A stretch of DNA of 64,000 nucleotides from an uncultured delta proteobacterium (GTDB lineage Bacteria > Desulfobacterota > Syntrophobacteria > BM002). How positions within the stretch are numbered: position 1 is the first letter of the stretch; each line of letters begins with the position of its first letter. The stretch lies in NCBI GenBank assembly GCA_963712115.1, contig CAVQGX010000033.1, forward strand, positions 120,001 through 184,000, read 5' to 3'. Below are positions 1-10,622 of the stretch, piece after piece. The notes under the pieces were generated by a model. It saw only the letters and a list, made by a program, of their open reading frames with translations, had not been told where the DNA came from and did not search any database. The translations under genes were made by a program, and so were the position numbers.

Positions 1-906
1 CATGGCAGCTTCCACCTGGCCGCGACTTATGGCCTGGATACCGGCGCGGACTATTTCAGCCACGAAGGCGGCGGTGTAAAGAACCAACCCTAATAAAAGG
101 GCGGCGAACTCGGGGCTGAAGGTGGTGCCTCCCTCAAAATTGAAGCCCACAAGTTTGGGAACGTTCATTTTCAGAGGCGCTCCCCCCAGTAACCAGGTGG
201 CAAGAGGAAGTACCAGGAGAATAGCAAGGGAGACGAGGAAGATTGGAAAAATTTGTCCTGTTTGTTCTTGTCTTTTTTTGGCCCATCGCCGCAGCACCCA
301 TACAGCAAAAGAGCCTGCCAGAAAGACAAGAGCCATATAAACGTACACCGGGTGAGGTTCGGGAACGGCAAAAGCCATTCCACGATTACAAAAATATACA
401 CCACTTATGGGGTTCAGAGCCTGCCGAGGAGAGGGAAAGGTGTCATAAAAGACAGCGTACCAGAAAACTAACTGCAGGAGCACAGGTATGTCCTGCATGA
501 CTTCAATGTAGATTCCTGCCAGCTTGGCCACCAGCCAGTTTCTGGACAGACGGGCAATGCCAAGGAAAGTGCCTAGAATTACCGTCAGTATAATCCCGAT
601 GAATGAAACCTTTATGGTGTTGAGGACACCGACCAGCAGGGCACGACCGTAGGTGTCCGCCGCTGAGTAGGAAATAGGGGATTCACCAATTTCGAAGGAA
701 GCTTCTTTGGTAAAGAAGCCAAATCCTGTTGCTATGTTCTGTCTTTCAAGGTTTGCCAGGGTATTGGTAAAAAGATAATAGGCCACCATCCCAACTATGC
801 CCAGAACAACAACCTGGTAAATGATGGCCCGTTTGGTGGGATCGTACCAGAATGAAATCTTGGCTGACGTTGTGATTTCCGGCGAATCCTTAACTTCTTG
901 TGCCAC
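1..906 (-). CDS. General L-amino acid ABC transporter permease, AapQ/BztB-like (3' end runs off the window)
   Basis: Manual translation from GTG at 906: MAQEVKDS...FWYDPTKRAIIYQV...RQNIATGFGF...YGRALLVGVLNT...LYTAAFVAEIVRAGIQAISRGQVEAAM (EAA loop). Lies downstream of the binding-protein gene. Confidence 0.9.
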   Translation of the reverse strand, partial: MAQEVKDSPEITTSAKISFWYDPTKRAIIYQVVVLGIVGMVAYYLFTNTLANLERQNIATGFGFFTKEASFEIGESPISYSAADTYGRALLVGVLNTIKVSFIGIILTVILGTFLGIARLSRNWLVAKLAGIYIEVMQDIPVLLQLVFWYAVFYDTFPSPRQALNPISGVYFCNRGMAFAVPEPHPVYVYMALVFLAGSFAVWVLRRWAKKRQEQTGQIFPIFLVSLAILLVLPLATWLLGGAPLKMNVPKLVGFNFEGGTTFSPEFAALLLGLVLYTAAFVAEIVRAGIQAISRGQVEAAM

Positions 907-957
907 AGTCTGACTCTGGCTTAGAAATCGGCTTAGAGTTTAGAATTGACTAGAAAT

Positions 958-981
958 AGGTGCCCCCCGGAGGGGGCACCT
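958..981 (-). terminator. GC stem-loop between binding-protein and permease genes (attenuator or mRNA stabiliser)
   Basis: AGGTGCCCCC-CGGA-GGGGGCACCT, perfect 10-bp stem about 10 nt after the stop at 992; U-tract is weak. Confidence 0.6.
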
Positions 982-991
982 CACATGCGGA

Positions 992-2014
992 TTACCTGAA
1001 AGGCGCTGCAAACATCAGTCCGCCTTTGTACCACTGATCATTCAGACCTCGGGGAATTCCCAGGGAGGTGTTTACCCCTACATTAGCCTCGTAAATTTGG
1101 CCGTAGTTCCCCACCTGTTTGACGATGTTGTAGGCCCAGTTGTCATCGAGGCCGAGGGCTTTGCCCATACCAGGGATTACTCCGAGGAAACGCTGGACCC
1201 TCGGGTTCTGGCTCTTGAGCATACTATCTACGTTGTTTGAATTGATGCCCAGTTCCTCAGCTTGAAGCAGAGCCATAACCGTCCAGTTGACAATATCATA
1301 CCACTGGTCGTCACCGTGGCGGACCACCGGGGCAAGAGGTTCCTTTGAAATAATCTCCGGCAAGAGCACATAGTCGGTGGGATTAGGGGCGACAGCCCGG
1401 TGAGCGGCCAACTGAGAAAGGTCCGAGGTCAAGACGTCGCAACGCCCGCCAAAAAAAGCTTTGGAAAGCTCGGAGGTCTGTTCAATTACAACCGGTCTCC
1501 ATCTCATGTCGTTTGCTCGGAAAAAATCCGCCACATTGAGTTCGGTTGTTGTGCCAGGCAGGACGCATATTGTGGCGCCCTGCAGTTCCCTGGCGCTCTT
1601 GACCCCCAGTTTCCTCGGCACTAGAAAGCCTTGGCCGTCATAATAGTTCACGTGGGCGAAATTCAGACCGTTGGCGGTTTCGCGAGTCAGAGTCTGAGTG
1701 GTATTACGGCACAGCACATCAATCTCTTTCGCTTGCAGCGCGGGTAAACGCTGGACGGCGGTAAGGGGCACATACTTTATCTTGCTGGCATCGCCGAACA
1801 CTGCGGTGGCAATCGCCCGGGCCGTATCCACATCAAGACCTTTCCACACACCCTTGTCGTCCGGCATGCTGAAACCAAAGACACCGCCGTTAACCCCGGC
1901 TATTAAGTAGCCTCTTTTCTTAACAGCATCTAAAGTCTCACCGGCAATTGCTACACTGGTGGTGGCAATCAAGGCCACCGCCACTAACACTGCACATACC
2001 TTCATAAATCTCAT
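992..2014 (-). CDS. Amino acid ABC transporter substrate-binding protein, AapJ/BztA-like
   Basis: Signal peptide, TLDAVKKRG, GLDVD, RNTTQTLTRE, YYDGQGFLV, ISKEPLAPVVRHGDDQW, VGNYGQIYE motifs; GGAG RBS. Confidence 0.92.
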   Translation of the reverse strand: MRFMKVCAVLVAVALIATTSVAIAGETLDAVKKRGYLIAGVNGGVFGFSMPDDKGVWKGLDVDTARAIATAVFGDASKIKYVPLTAVQRLPALQAKEIDVLCRNTTQTLTRETANGLNFAHVNYYDGQGFLVPRKLGVKSARELQGATICVLPGTTTELNVADFFRANDMRWRPVVIEQTSELSKAFFGGRCDVLTSDLSQLAAHRAVAPNPTDYVLLPEIISKEPLAPVVRHGDDQWYDIVNWTVMALLQAEELGINSNNVDSMLKSQNPRVQRFLGVIPGMGKALGLDDNWAYNIVKQVGNYGQIYEANVGVNTSLGIPRGLNDQWYKGGLMFAAPFR

Positions 2015-2322
2015 TTACTCCTCCTTTTCTCTACCACAGGGTTTACCATCTTGATCGCACCAAGCCAATCGTCCTTCGCAGGAAAAAACAAACTCCATTT
2101 TCCCTATTCTCTCAAAAAATCCGGAGACCTTTCGACAGTCAAGATATCAGTCTTGGGTGACCCAACAGAAACGTCCGGGCTAGGGTATTCTTTTAGATTG
2201 AGTAGATCTCTATTCGACCTGAATGAACTTGTTACAGCTATCTTTGACACAAGATAGTAGTATTTGTCAAGGAGCGTTGATCCGGGCAAATTCAAATAAT
2301 CGCAGGATGGGAGAAAATTGGG

Positions 2323-3705
2323 TTACTGGCAGCGGGGCACCGAAAAAAATGTGCTGTGGATAGCGTTCACCGCGCTGTGCAAATCTTTGTTTTTAATGAG
2401 AAAATAGAGCGCCACCCTGGAGGGACCAAAGGAAATCATCTCCACGTTGACACCGCAACCTGCAACTGCCTCAAAGCAGCGAGCCGCTATGCCTTTACGC
2501 TGAGCGAGACCTTCCCCCACAATCCCCACCAGGGCCACATCATCAACTCTCTCCAAACGCCGAAAAGGTCTCGGCCTCAAGTGTTTTAGGGCGAGATATC
2601 CTGCCTCCAAGTCCTCACGTGCCAGCAAAAGGCTAATGCAGGTTTGGGAGGTGACCACTGATTTTATGTTAATATCGCTCTCAGTAAGCTGGCCTGCCAC
2701 TTGAGCCAAAATTCCAGGGCGAGCGCCAACACCCGAGGCATGCACCTTTATGATACTGATATCAGTGTCGTGAGCCACGCTTTTGATTACGTGTTTTGGC
2801 CGGGGGCTTTTTGCGGTGATCAGGCTGCCGGGTCCGTCAGGATTAACCGTGTTCTTGATGCTGATCTTCAGTTTACTTTTCCTGAGCGGTTCCACCGTTC
2901 GAGGGTGAAGAATCTTGGCACCAAAATAGGAAAGCTCTGCTGCTTCCTCGTATGAGAGAACGGGTATAAGCTGTGCCTCAGGGACGAATTTCGGATCGGC
3001 ACTCATGAAACCATCCACGTCCTTCCATATCTCCAGGAGTTCAGCCTGCATTGCCACCGCCACCACTGCGGCAGAGTAGTCGCTACCCCCACGACCAAAG
3101 GTTGTGATATCCCCTTGTTCGCTTACGCCGAAAAATCCTGGAACGAAGACAATCTTACCCTCATTAAGTAATGAGGTCAGATGGAGCTGCAAGTTTTTGG
3201 ATGTCTTTCTCAGGTTTGCTGTGGCATCACCAAATTTACCGTCCGTTGACAGGCCGATTTTCTCAGGCATACGGTAGGTGGCATTAACACCTTGGCAATT
3301 GAGCCCGCTTGCAAAGAGCTCAACCGCGAAGCGTTCGCCGTAACTACTAATCACGTCTCTCAGTCGCGGTGTAATCTCCCGAGTGAAATTCAGGCCGTAG
3401 TAGTACCGCTCGAGTTCACTCAGTGACTTGTCCAAGTCTCTGGCAAACTCCTCATAGTCTTTGTAGTTAGAGATAAGATGGCGAGCGACCTGTAAGTGCT
3501 TATCCCTCAGGTGGCTGATGAGGTGAGTAATATTATCCTCCTTGGCTAGGGCCTCACTCATGCCATCTATGAGGGTGTCGGTGACGCCGTTCAGGGCAGA
3601 GAGCACGAATATGCTGCCCTGCCCCCGAAGGGCAACCAGTTTCAGGATGTGCCCTATAGTTTCACTATCTGTGAGGCAACCACCACCGATTTTTATTACT
3701 TTCAT
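2323..3705 (-). CDS. lysC: Aspartate kinase with C-terminal ACT domains
   Basis: MKVIKIGG start with AAGGGG RBS; SYGER, TTFGRGGSDYSA, KDVDGFMSADP, LSYEEAAELSYFGAKILHP. Confidence 0.88.
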   Translation of the reverse strand: MKVIKIGGGCLTDSETIGHILKLVALRGQGSIFVLSALNGVTDTLIDGMSEALAKEDNITHLISHLRDKHLQVARHLISNYKDYEEFARDLDKSLSELERYYYGLNFTREITPRLRDVISSYGERFAVELFASGLNCQGVNATYRMPEKIGLSTDGKFGDATANLRKTSKNLQLHLTSLLNEGKIVFVPGFFGVSEQGDITTFGRGGSDYSAAVVAVAMQAELLEIWKDVDGFMSADPKFVPEAQLIPVLSYEEAAELSYFGAKILHPRTVEPLRKSKLKISIKNTVNPDGPGSLITAKSPRPKHVIKSVAHDTDISIIKVHASGVGARPGILAQVAGQLTESDINIKSVVTSQTCISLLLAREDLEAGYLALKHLRPRPFRRLERVDDVALVGIVGEGLAQRKGIAARCFEAVAGCGVNVEMISFGPSRVALYFLIKNKDLHSAVNAIHSTFFSVPRCQ

Positions 3706-3738
3706 ATTTCCCCTTCCCACGATAACGCAGAGCATATT

Positions 3739-3843
3739 GTAAACAGTAAACGGTGAACGGTAAACCGATTATGCGCAGGCTCCTTAACCTTTCACCGTTT
3801 ACCATTTACCGTTTACTCTTTTTTTCGCTATGCGCTTGGCGCT
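3739..3843. repeat. Heptamer inverted array (GTAAACR / YGTTTAC) followed by a TTTTTTCGCTATGCGC module
   Basis: gtaaacagtaaacggtgaacggtaaac ... ttcaccgtttaccatttaccgtttac. Confidence 0.75.
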
Positions 3844-3856
3844 GATTGTGTTCATT

Positions 3857-3892
3857 GTGGTCGCAGCAGGTGATTCATGAATATCCGGGTTA
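3857..3892. mobile_element. Right-end fragment of MITE family A
   Basis: gtggtcgcagcaggtgattcatgaa is identical to 24136-24160 and is followed by a tccggg end. Confidence 0.75.
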
Positions 3893-3905
3893 AGTTAATG
3901 GGCGT

Positions 3906-3943
3906 AAAAAAAACGGCAAGCCCCCAGGGAGATTGCCGTTTTT
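3906..3943 (-). terminator. Rho-independent terminator of the alpha operon
   Basis: AAAAACGGCAA...TTGCCGTTTTT hairpin with a U8 tract on the minus strand, about 25 nt after the rplQ stop. Confidence 0.8.
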
Positions 3944-3966
3944 ATATTTATAAAGTAGTAAGATTA

Positions 3967-4647
3967 CTATTCGTCGGCTTTTTTCGGTTTCTCTTTCTTG
4001 GCAGGTTCGGTAGATTCTTCTGCAGCCGCCCCCGGTTCAGCATCACTGATTTCAGGTTCCCCTTCTGCCTTTTCCTTGACCGCTGCCTTTTTAGCCTTCG
4101 GTTTCGTTGTCTGTTTACCTTTAGCTTTTTTCTTCTTTTCGGGAACTTCCTCGGCTGCGGCCTCTTCCGGTTCAGCCTCTGCAACCTCGGCCACCTCAGG
4201 TTCAGTTTCTGGAGTTGGTTCAACCGCTGGTGCCTTCACTTTGGCGGCTTTCGGGGCTTTGGTCTTTTTCTTTTTCTTCTTTTTCTCGGTTTCACCTGTC
4301 AGCAGTTCGATGAGACTCAAAGGTGCTCCATCACCGACGCGAAAGCCTACTTTCACCGTTCGAGTATAGCCACCGCTGCGTGCTTGATAACGCTGAGCCA
4401 GGTCGGTGAATAGCTTGTGAACTACGCTCTTATCACGGATCACTTGCAGGGCCTGGCGTCTTGCATGTAGATCTCCCCTCTTGCCCAGCGTGATCATCCA
4501 ATCAGCCCAGCGCCTAAGCTCCTTAGCTTTTGCCTCGGTGGTATATATCCGTTCGTGCTCCAGCAATGAAGTCACCATGTTGCGAAACATGGCCAACCGA
4601 TGGCTGGAAGTGCGGCCTAGTTTCCTCCCACTCTTCCCGTGTCGCAT
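3967..4647 (-). CDS. rplQ: 50S ribosomal protein L17 with a long low-complexity C-terminal tail
   Basis: [24 protein letters not shown]...GGYTR...GDGAP; about 105 extra K/A/E/P-rich residues. Confidence 0.97.
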   Translation of the reverse strand: MRHGKSGRKLGRTSSHRLAMFRNMVTSLLEHERIYTTEAKAKELRRWADWMITLGKRGDLHARRQALQVIRDKSVVHKLFTDLAQRYQARSGGYTRTVKVGFRVGDGAPLSLIELLTGETEKKKKKKKTKAPKAAKVKAPAVEPTPETEPEVAEVAEAEPEEAAAEEVPEKKKKAKGKQTTKPKAKKAAVKEKAEGEPEISDAEPGAAAEESTEPAKKEKPKKADE

Positions 4648-5655
4648 CTACTCCTGTTCCTTTCTCGCCTCTATTTCATCTCTTGAGGGGAAGTTCTCAA
4701 GTTTCATGCCCAGCGCCAAGCCCATTTCGGTGAGAATTTCTTTGATCTCGTTGAGTGACTTGCGGCCAAAATTCTTGGTTTTTAGCATTTCTGCTTCGGT
4801 TTTCTGGACTAGTTCGCCAATGAGTCGGATGTTGGCGTTCTTCAGACAATTAGCAGAACGTACTGACAATTCAAGCTCGTCCACCGAACGGAAAAGGTTG
4901 TCGTTCAGTTTGGGTTCCTCTTCCTCTTCCTCCTTGGGTTCAACTTCTGGTTCCTCGTCGAAGTTGATAAAGATGGTCATTTGCTCTTTCAAAATTTTTG
5001 CCGCATAGGCCAGGGCGTCCTCTGGCATGACGCTGCCGTCGGTCCAAATTTCCATGGTAAGCTTGTCGTAATCAGTTATCTGGCCCACACGAGCCTGGCT
5101 TATCACATAGTTTACCCTGCGGATGGGAGAAAAGATCGCATCCATTGGGATGACTCCTATGGCAGCATCTTCTTCCAAATTTCGTTCTGCCGGCATGTAG
5201 CCCTTACCGTTCTTGACTTGCATCTCCATGTGCAATCTACCGTCTTTGGACAGAGAGGCTATATGTTGCTCCGGATTGAGAATTTCCACCTCCGGCGGGC
5301 AGTTGAAATCCCCAGCTGTGACCTCGCCCTGCCCTGCTTTGTCCACCTCTATTGTCCTGGGCTCTTCACCATGCAACTTGAGCCTGACCTCTTTTAAGTT
5401 CAAAATGATGTCGGTTACATCTTCACGAACCCCGGGAATAGTGGAGAATTCGTGTAGCACTGCGTCTAATTTCACCGAGGTTATGGCGGCACCCTGCAGT
5501 GATGACAGCATGATGCGTCTTAGGGCGTTGCCAATGGTAATGCCAAAGCCTCTCTCCAATGGTTCACAGGCGAATTTCCCAAAAAACCTTGAGGCGGTTT
5601 TGGAATCTAGTTCTAACTTTTTTGGACTAATTAATTCTCGCCAATTTCTGTACAT
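4648..5655 (-). CDS. rpoA: RNA polymerase alpha subunit
   Basis: [50 protein letters not shown]; ATG at 5655 with AAGGAG RBS. Confidence 0.98.
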   Translation of the reverse strand: MYRNWRELISPKKLELDSKTASRFFGKFACEPLERGFGITIGNALRRIMLSSLQGAAITSVKLDAVLHEFSTIPGVREDVTDIILNLKEVRLKLHGEEPRTIEVDKAGQGEVTAGDFNCPPEVEILNPEQHIASLSKDGRLHMEMQVKNGKGYMPAERNLEEDAAIGVIPMDAIFSPIRRVNYVISQARVGQITDYDKLTMEIWTDGSVMPEDALAYAAKILKEQMTIFINFDEEPEVEPKEEEEEEPKLNDNLFRSVDELELSVRSANCLKNANIRLIGELVQKTEAEMLKTKNFGRKSLNEIKEILTEMGLALGMKLENFPSRDEIEARKEQE

Positions 5656-5742
5656 ATTAACTCCTTTTAGAAGAACCCGATTTGGCCAGCGGTACGACAT
5701 GTACCGAAAAACAAATAGATAAAATTTGGCCACAATGGGAGT

Positions 5743-6369
5743 CTATTTGGAGTAAAGCTCCACAATGAGCTGTTCCTGGATAGGCATGGTCAATTCGTCA
5801 CGAGACGGATAAGCCTTGACTGTTCCCTTGAACTTGTCCTTTTCCACCTCCAGCCACTGTGGGATCCCCCGCCGCGCTACCGCCTCCATTGCCTCGGCAA
5901 TGGGGACGATGTTGCGACTTTTCTCTTTGACCTCAATGGTGTCATTCTCTTTGATTAAGTAGGATGGAACGTTGACCCGTTTACCATTGACGAAAAAGTG
6001 GTTGTGACGCACCAACTGTCTGGCTTGGGACCTGGAATTAGCAAAGCCCATGCGGTAGACCACATTGTCCAACCGGCGCTCCAGAAAAATGAGCAGGTTG
6101 GTTCCGGTAACCCCCTTCTGTCTTTCAGCCCTGTGGAAATAGGCGCGGAACTGACGTTCCAGCAAGCCGTACATCCGCTTTACCTTCTGCTTTTCCCTTA
6201 ACTGAATGCCGTAGTCAGAAAACTTCTTTCGTCCCTGGCCATGTTGGCCCGGAGGATAACTCCGTCTTTCATAAGCACATTTATCCGAGTAGCAGCGATC
6301 GCCTTTCAGATATAGCTTAAGGTTTTCACGTCGACAGATGCGACATACTGAATCAGTGTATCGAGCCAA
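5743..6369 (-). CDS. rpsD: 30S ribosomal protein S4 (Zn-ribbon type)
   Basis: [15 protein letters not shown]...PPGQHG...[11 protein letters not shown]...IVELYSK. Confidence 0.98.
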   Translation of the reverse strand: MARYTDSVCRICRRENLKLYLKGDRCYSDKCAYERRSYPPGQHGQGRKKFSDYGIQLREKQKVKRMYGLLERQFRAYFHRAERQKGVTGTNLLIFLERRLDNVVYRMGFANSRSQARQLVRHNHFFVNGKRVNVPSYLIKENDTIEVKEKSRNIVPIAEAMEAVARRGIPQWLEVEKDKFKGTVKAYPSRDELTMPIQEQLIVELYSK

Positions 6370-6384
6370 AGTAAACCTCCTTGC

Positions 6385-6780
6385 TTACACTCTTCTCCTT
6401 TTAGGTGGCCGGCATCCATTATGGGGAATGGGTGTTACATCACGAATAAGCGTAACGTTAAAACCAGCTGCCTGAAGTGCACGCAGGGCAGCTTCTCGAC
6501 CAGAACCCGGGCCTTTTACGTAAACTTCGATATTCTGCACCCCATGCTCTTGAGCCTTCTTCGCTGCATCATCCGCTGCAAGCTGGGCAGCAAAAGGTGT
6601 GCTCTTACGTGAGCCCTTGAAACCCTGACTACCCGCGCTGGACCAGGCGATTGTATTACCGTTCATATCCGTGATGGTAATTATGGTATTGTTGAAAGTG
6701 GATTGGATATGGGCAACACCATTTTGGATGTTCTTTTTTTCCTTCTTTTTTTTGGAAGCTTTGCCTTTTGCCTTGGCCAT
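6385..6780 (-). CDS. rpsK: 30S ribosomal protein S11
   Basis: [39 protein letters not shown]. Confidence 0.98.
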   Translation of the reverse strand: MAKAKGKASKKKKEKKNIQNGVAHIQSTFNNTIITITDMNGNTIAWSSAGSQGFKGSRKSTPFAAQLAADDAAKKAQEHGVQNIEVYVKGPGSGREAALRALQAAGFNVTLIRDVTPIPHNGCRPPKRRRV

Positions 6781-6859
6781 TTCTCCTCCTGAGTCGGAAT
6801 CTCTCTACAACAAATCATCCTCAGAATGTCTTGTGGATCTTCTTTTCTGCCAACTCTTT

Positions 6860-6911
6860 TGGAATGATGGAATGTTATTCCAATATTCCACTTGCGGGCC
6901 CGGCCCGCAAG
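6860..6911. repeat. Octamer inverted pair plus a perfect GC palindrome after rpsM
   Basis: tggaatgatggaat/attccaatattcca; cttgcgggcc-c-ggcccgcaag. Confidence 0.6.
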
Positions 6912-6915
6912 CTGC

Positions 6916-7287
6916 CTACTTCTTACGTCGACCGATCATGGATCGCCGAGGTCCTTTTCTGGTACGGGCATTGGTGTGGGTCCGCTGTCCATTCACTGGC
7001 ATTCCCCGCCTGTGACGCAACCCTCGATAGCAGCCTAAATCCATAAGCCGCTTAATGTTCATGGAGACCTCAGTTCTCAAGTCACCTTCCACCTTGTAGT
7101 CGCTATCAATGACTCTACGAATAGCGTTAATTTCCTCCTCGGTGAGAAGATCAGACTTGGTATTGAGGTCTACATTTGCCTTTTCCAAAATTTTCTGCGA
7201 CGTATTACGCCCGATCCCGTAAATGTAGGTAAGAGCTATCTCTATTCGCTTGTTTTTGGGCAAGTCAATGCCCGCAATTCGTGCCAA
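6916..7287 (-). CDS. rpsM: 30S ribosomal protein S13
   Basis: [10 protein letters not shown]...[26 protein letters not shown]. Confidence 0.98.
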   Translation of the reverse strand: MARIAGIDLPKNKRIEIALTYIYGIGRNTSQKILEKANVDLNTKSDLLTEEEINAIRRVIDSDYKVEGDLRTEVSMNIKRLMDLGCYRGLRHRRGMPVNGQRTHTNARTRKGPRRSMIGRRKK

Positions 7288-7303
7288 TGGTTACCCTCCG
7301 TTA

Positions 7304-7417
7304 TTATCCCTGACGCTGCTTGTGCCTGGGATTCTCGCAAATGACACGCACGACGCCGTGACGCCGGATAATTTTGCACTTTCGACAAATACGCTTAACT
7401 GAAGCCCGCACTTTCAT
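7304..7417 (-). CDS. rpmJ: 50S ribosomal protein L36 (not in the ORF track)
   Basis: Manual translation [37 protein letters not shown]. Confidence 0.97.
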   Translation of the reverse strand: MKVRASVKRICRKCKIIRRHGVVRVICENPRHKQRQG

Positions 7418-7477
7418 AAGGCGCTCTCCATCCGTCCGCCTTCGAGCGGCAACTGTTGCCGCCAGCCGCAACCGCGG

Positions 7478-7696
7478 TTACTTGGCCCGATAGGTAATCC
7501 GGCCTCTCGTCAGATCATATGGTGACAACTCAACGGTCACCCTGTCTCCAGGAAGAATTTTGATGAAATGCATGCGCATCTTCCCGGAGATGTGGGCAAG
7601 GATCCGGTGGCCATTCTCCAACTCCACCCTGAACATAGCGTTGGGTAGAGGCTCCACCACCGTTCCTTCCACCTCTATCGCTTCTTCCTTTGCCAT
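7478..7696 (-). CDS. infA: Translation initiation factor IF-1
   Basis: [11 protein letters not shown]...[14 protein letters not shown]...HISGKMR...[11 protein letters not shown]. Confidence 0.98.
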   Translation of the reverse strand: MAKEEAIEVEGTVVEPLPNAMFRVELENGHRILAHISGKMRMHFIKILPGDRVTVELSPYDLTRGRITYRAK

Positions 7697-7747
7697 TGGC
7701 TCCTCCAATTTGGCATTATCAAGTAGCCATAAATCGGAATGGAAACC

Positions 7748-7840
7748 TTATATAAGGATCACCAGTCCGTTTTCTGCTATGTCAATCAAATGCTCAAAAT
7801 GGGCCCAACGACTAAGATCCTTGGTTGCCGCGGTCAATCC
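7748..7840 (-). pseudogene. map: C-terminal remnant of methionine aminopeptidase
   Basis: Translates GLTAATKDLSRWAHFEHLIDIAENGLVILI*, matching the MetAP C-terminal pattern GWTxxTxDxxxSAHFEHTIxITENGxEILT, at the usual adk-map-infA position. Confidence 0.72.
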
Positions 7841-7846
7841 TTTCCT

Positions 7847-8488
7847 TTAGGAAAGCACCGAAGTGATCCGCTCGAAGATCTCTTTCATCTCACCCACTCC
7901 GTCGATGGGCCTTATTTTCCCCTGTACCTTGTAATAGTCAATGAGCGGCAGGGTTTGAGAATCATAAACATCGAGGCGAGACTTCACGGTCCCTTCATTA
8001 TCATCGTCTCGCTGGTAAAGATCACCCCCGCACTTGTTGCAGACACCTTCCGCTTTGGGCGGATCAAACATCACATGGTAACCGGCACCACACTCGCGGC
8101 AAGTGCGCCTGCCGGTAAGACGCTTGATCAGCTCCTCACTGGCCACCTCGATGCTCACTACGTGGTCAATCTGCGCACTCAGCTTACTCAGCATCCCGTC
8201 CAGGGCCTCTGCCTGGGGAACTGTCCGGGGAAAACCGTCCAACATGTAACCCTTCACACAGTCGGGCTCCTGAATCCGTTCTTCAACAATACCAATCACC
8301 ACCGAATCGGGCACCAACCCACCTTTGTCCATGTAGCTCTTGGCCTCTTTGCCCAGTGGAGTCCCCTCCTTAACCGCAGCTCGCAGAATATCCCCAGTGG
8401 AGATCTGGGGAATCTGATACTTGTCAATAAGCATCTTGGCTTGCGTACCTTTTCCTGCTCCCGGTGGCCCTAGCAAAATGATGTTCAT
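7847..8488 (-). CDS. adk: Adenylate kinase with Zn-binding LID
   Basis: GPPGAGKGTQ, STGDILR, DGFPRT, CREC...CNKC. Confidence 0.98.
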   Translation of the reverse strand: MNIILLGPPGAGKGTQAKMLIDKYQIPQISTGDILRAAVKEGTPLGKEAKSYMDKGGLVPDSVVIGIVEERIQEPDCVKGYMLDGFPRTVPQAEALDGMLSKLSAQIDHVVSIEVASEELIKRLTGRRTCRECGAGYHVMFDPPKAEGVCNKCGGDLYQRDDDNEGTVKSRLDVYDSQTLPLIDYYKVQGKIRPIDGVGEMKEIFERITSVLS

Positions 8489-8553
8489 AATGTCCTCCAT
8501 CTCCAGTTGTTACAAAGATCAGTATCAGGAACAAAACACTACTAGCACGTCTC

Positions 8554-9861
8554 TCAACGTCTTCCCTTCATTCTTGATTTCTTAATGAAGCCCTCATAGT
8601 GCCGAGTTAACATGTGGGATTCTATCTGTGCCACCGTATCGATAGCCACACCCACCACAATTAACAAGGCCGTACCACCAAAATAGAAGGGGACCCTGAA
8701 TTTCTGTATTAGTATCGTGGGCAGTACACAAACTGCTGATACGTAGATAGCCCCACCAAAGGTTATCCTTGATAGAACTCGGTCAATGTAATCAGCGGTA
8801 CGTTTACCCGGACGAATACCCGGAATAAAGCCCCCGTACTTTTTCATGTTTTCTGCCGCGTCAACCGGGTTGAAGACCACCGCCGTGTAGAAATAGCAAA
8901 AGAAGACAATAAAACCCACGTAGAGCAGGCTGTAAACCAGCCTGCCGGGTGCTACGGCATCGGCTACCGCCTTCATCCAGGGGATTTGGATGAAGTTGGC
9001 AATGGTGGCGGGAAACATGATAATGGAGGATGCAAAAATTGGCGGGATCACTCCCGCGGTGTTCACCTTCAAAGGCAAGTGAGTGGACTGTCCCCCGTAC
9101 ATCTTACGTCCTACCACGCGCTTGGCATACTGCACAGGAATTTTGCGCTGCCCCCGTTCAACGAAGATAATTACCGCCACCACCCCAATCATCATCACCA
9201 AAATTATTAATATCATGAAGGTGGAAAGGGTGTCCGCTTTCCACATTCGCATGGTGTTGATGATTGCAGCCGGCATGCGGGCTACGATTCCCGCAAAGAT
9301 GATCAGCGAGATGCCATTTCCAATGCCCCGCTCAGTTATTTGCTCACCCAACCACATAATAAAAGCCGTGCCCGCAGTAAGGGTGATCACTGTCATTAAC
9401 CGGAAGCCCCACCCCGGATGCAAGACCACCATTTCTCCTCCGGGCCCACTCATGCCTTCCAAGCCGAAGGCAATGCCGAAGCCCTGGATGAGGCTAAGGA
9501 CCACGGTACCATAACGGGTATATTGGGTAATTTTCTTCCTGCCTGCTTCACCTTCCTTGTTGAGCCGATCCAGATAAGGAATAACAACGGTCAATAGTTG
9601 CAAGATGATGGAGGCACTGATGTAAGGCATAATTCCTAGGGCAAAAACCGAGAGGTTGCTAAGAGCCCCGCCGGCAAACATGTCAAAAAGGCCCAACAGG
9701 GTACCCTGCGCTTGGGCAAAAAACGCCTGCAGTGCCTCACTATTGATCCCAGGTGTAGGCACATGAGCACCGACTCGATACACTGCCAACAGAGCAAAAG
9801 TCGCCAAGATGCGGCGCTTTAACTCGGGGATCTTCCCTATGGTCTGAAATCCACCTATCAA
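8554..9861 (-). CDS. secY: Preprotein translocase SecY
   Basis: [51 protein letters not shown]. Confidence 0.98.
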   Translation of the reverse strand: MIGGFQTIGKIPELKRRILATFALLAVYRVGAHVPTPGINSEALQAFFAQAQGTLLGLFDMFAGGALSNLSVFALGIMPYISASIILQLLTVVIPYLDRLNKEGEAGRKKITQYTRYGTVVLSLIQGFGIAFGLEGMSGPGGEMVVLHPGWGFRLMTVITLTAGTAFIMWLGEQITERGIGNGISLIIFAGIVARMPAAIINTMRMWKADTLSTFMILIILVMMIGVVAVIIFVERGQRKIPVQYAKRVVGRKMYGGQSTHLPLKVNTAGVIPPIFASSIIMFPATIANFIQIPWMKAVADAVAPGRLVYSLLYVGFIVFFCYFYTAVVFNPVDAAENMKKYGGFIPGIRPGKRTADYIDRVLSRITFGGAIYVSAVCVLPTILIQKFRVPFYFGGTALLIVVGVAIDTVAQIESHMLTRHYEGFIKKSRMKGRR

Positions 9862-9887
9862 TTCAGTGCTCCGTTTCTCTACGCACC

Positions 9888-9923
9888 TGGAATATTGGAG
9901 TATTGGAGTGTTGGAGTAATGGG
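9888..9923. repeat. Octamer tandem array (TTGGAGTA)n
   Basis: tggaatattggagtattggagtgttggagtaatggg, adjacent to the rplO stop. Confidence 0.75.
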
Positions 9924-9925
9924 TC

Positions 9926-10366
9926 TCAAACTGCCTCCACCTTGCCTCCTGCAGCCTCGATTTTCTGGCGCGCCCCAGCGCTGCAGCGGTCTACCTTCAC
10001 CGTTAGCGGCTTGTCGATCTCTCCATCGCCAAGCAACTTAACACCATCAAATTGTCCTCTAACCAGACCGCTCTGTCGGAGAACCTCTTCATCCACCACA
10101 CTGTCGGGAGCAAATAGCTCAAGGTCTCTGACGTTGATCTCGGCGAAAACCTTCCTGAAGGGATTGTAAAAACCCCTCTTGGGAAGACGACGCTGCAGGG
10201 GCATCTGGCCACCCTCGAACCCGGGGGGCACGCCCCCTCCTGAGCGAGATTTCTGGCCCTTGGCGCCTCGACCAGCTGTTGTGCCTCGTCCCGACCCCGG
10301 CCCACGTCCAACTCGCCTGGCTTTCTTTTTCGCGCCCCGAGGCGGTTTTAGTTCATCCAGTCTCAT
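9926..10366 (-). CDS. rplO: 50S ribosomal protein L15
   Basis: [11 protein letters not shown]...[18 protein letters not shown]. Confidence 0.97.
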   Translation of the reverse strand: MRLDELKPPRGAKKKARRVGRGPGSGRGTTAGRGAKGQKSRSGGGVPPGFEGGQMPLQRRLPKRGFYNPFRKVFAEINVRDLELFAPDSVVDEEVLRQSGLVRGQFDGVKLLGDGEIDKPLTVKVDRCSAGARQKIEAAGGKVEAV

Positions 10367-10414
10367 TTGCAATCCGTTATCTTAATCCTGTTTGATCTGA
10401 GCTTTACCAGTTGC

Positions 10415-10597
10415 CTATGCTTCAGATACTTCAACCATGTGCTTAACTTTGCGAATTGCCCCCATGATCTGGGGCGTGTCATAGAGAGTAACCGTCTTAT
10501 GCAGTCGGGTGAGGCCAAGGCTCTTGAGAATCTTCCGATGCTTTTCCGGTCTGCCCACCCAGCTGCGAACAAGTTTAACTTGGATCTCCTTTGCCAT
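10415..10597 (-). CDS. rpmD: 50S ribosomal protein L30
   Basis: 60 aa with LVRS..GRP...LGL...DTPQIMGAIRKV; lies between rpsE and rplO. Confidence 0.95.
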   Translation of the reverse strand: MAKEIQVKLVRSWVGRPEKHRKILKSLGLTRLHKTVTLYDTPQIMGAIRKVKHMVEVSEA

Positions 10598-10622
10598 CCT
10601 TCTGCCTCTTCTATCTTCCGCT

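Noticed and set aside
2238-2270. Overlapping dyads TTGACA-N15-TGTCAA and CTATCTT-N6-AAGATAG upstream of the ABC binding-protein gene
   Set aside because: Could be an operator, but it occurs once and has no matching -10, so it cannot be assigned.
7739-8473. Long antisense ORFs (also 25336-26244, 42797-43447 and 45652-46314)
   Set aside because: Shadow frames of conserved genes on the opposite strand.
7748-8488. Adk-Map read-through fusion
   Set aside because: The frames coincide (a 1-in-3 chance), but the stop is TAA with no recoding signal and the map part cannot fold alone.
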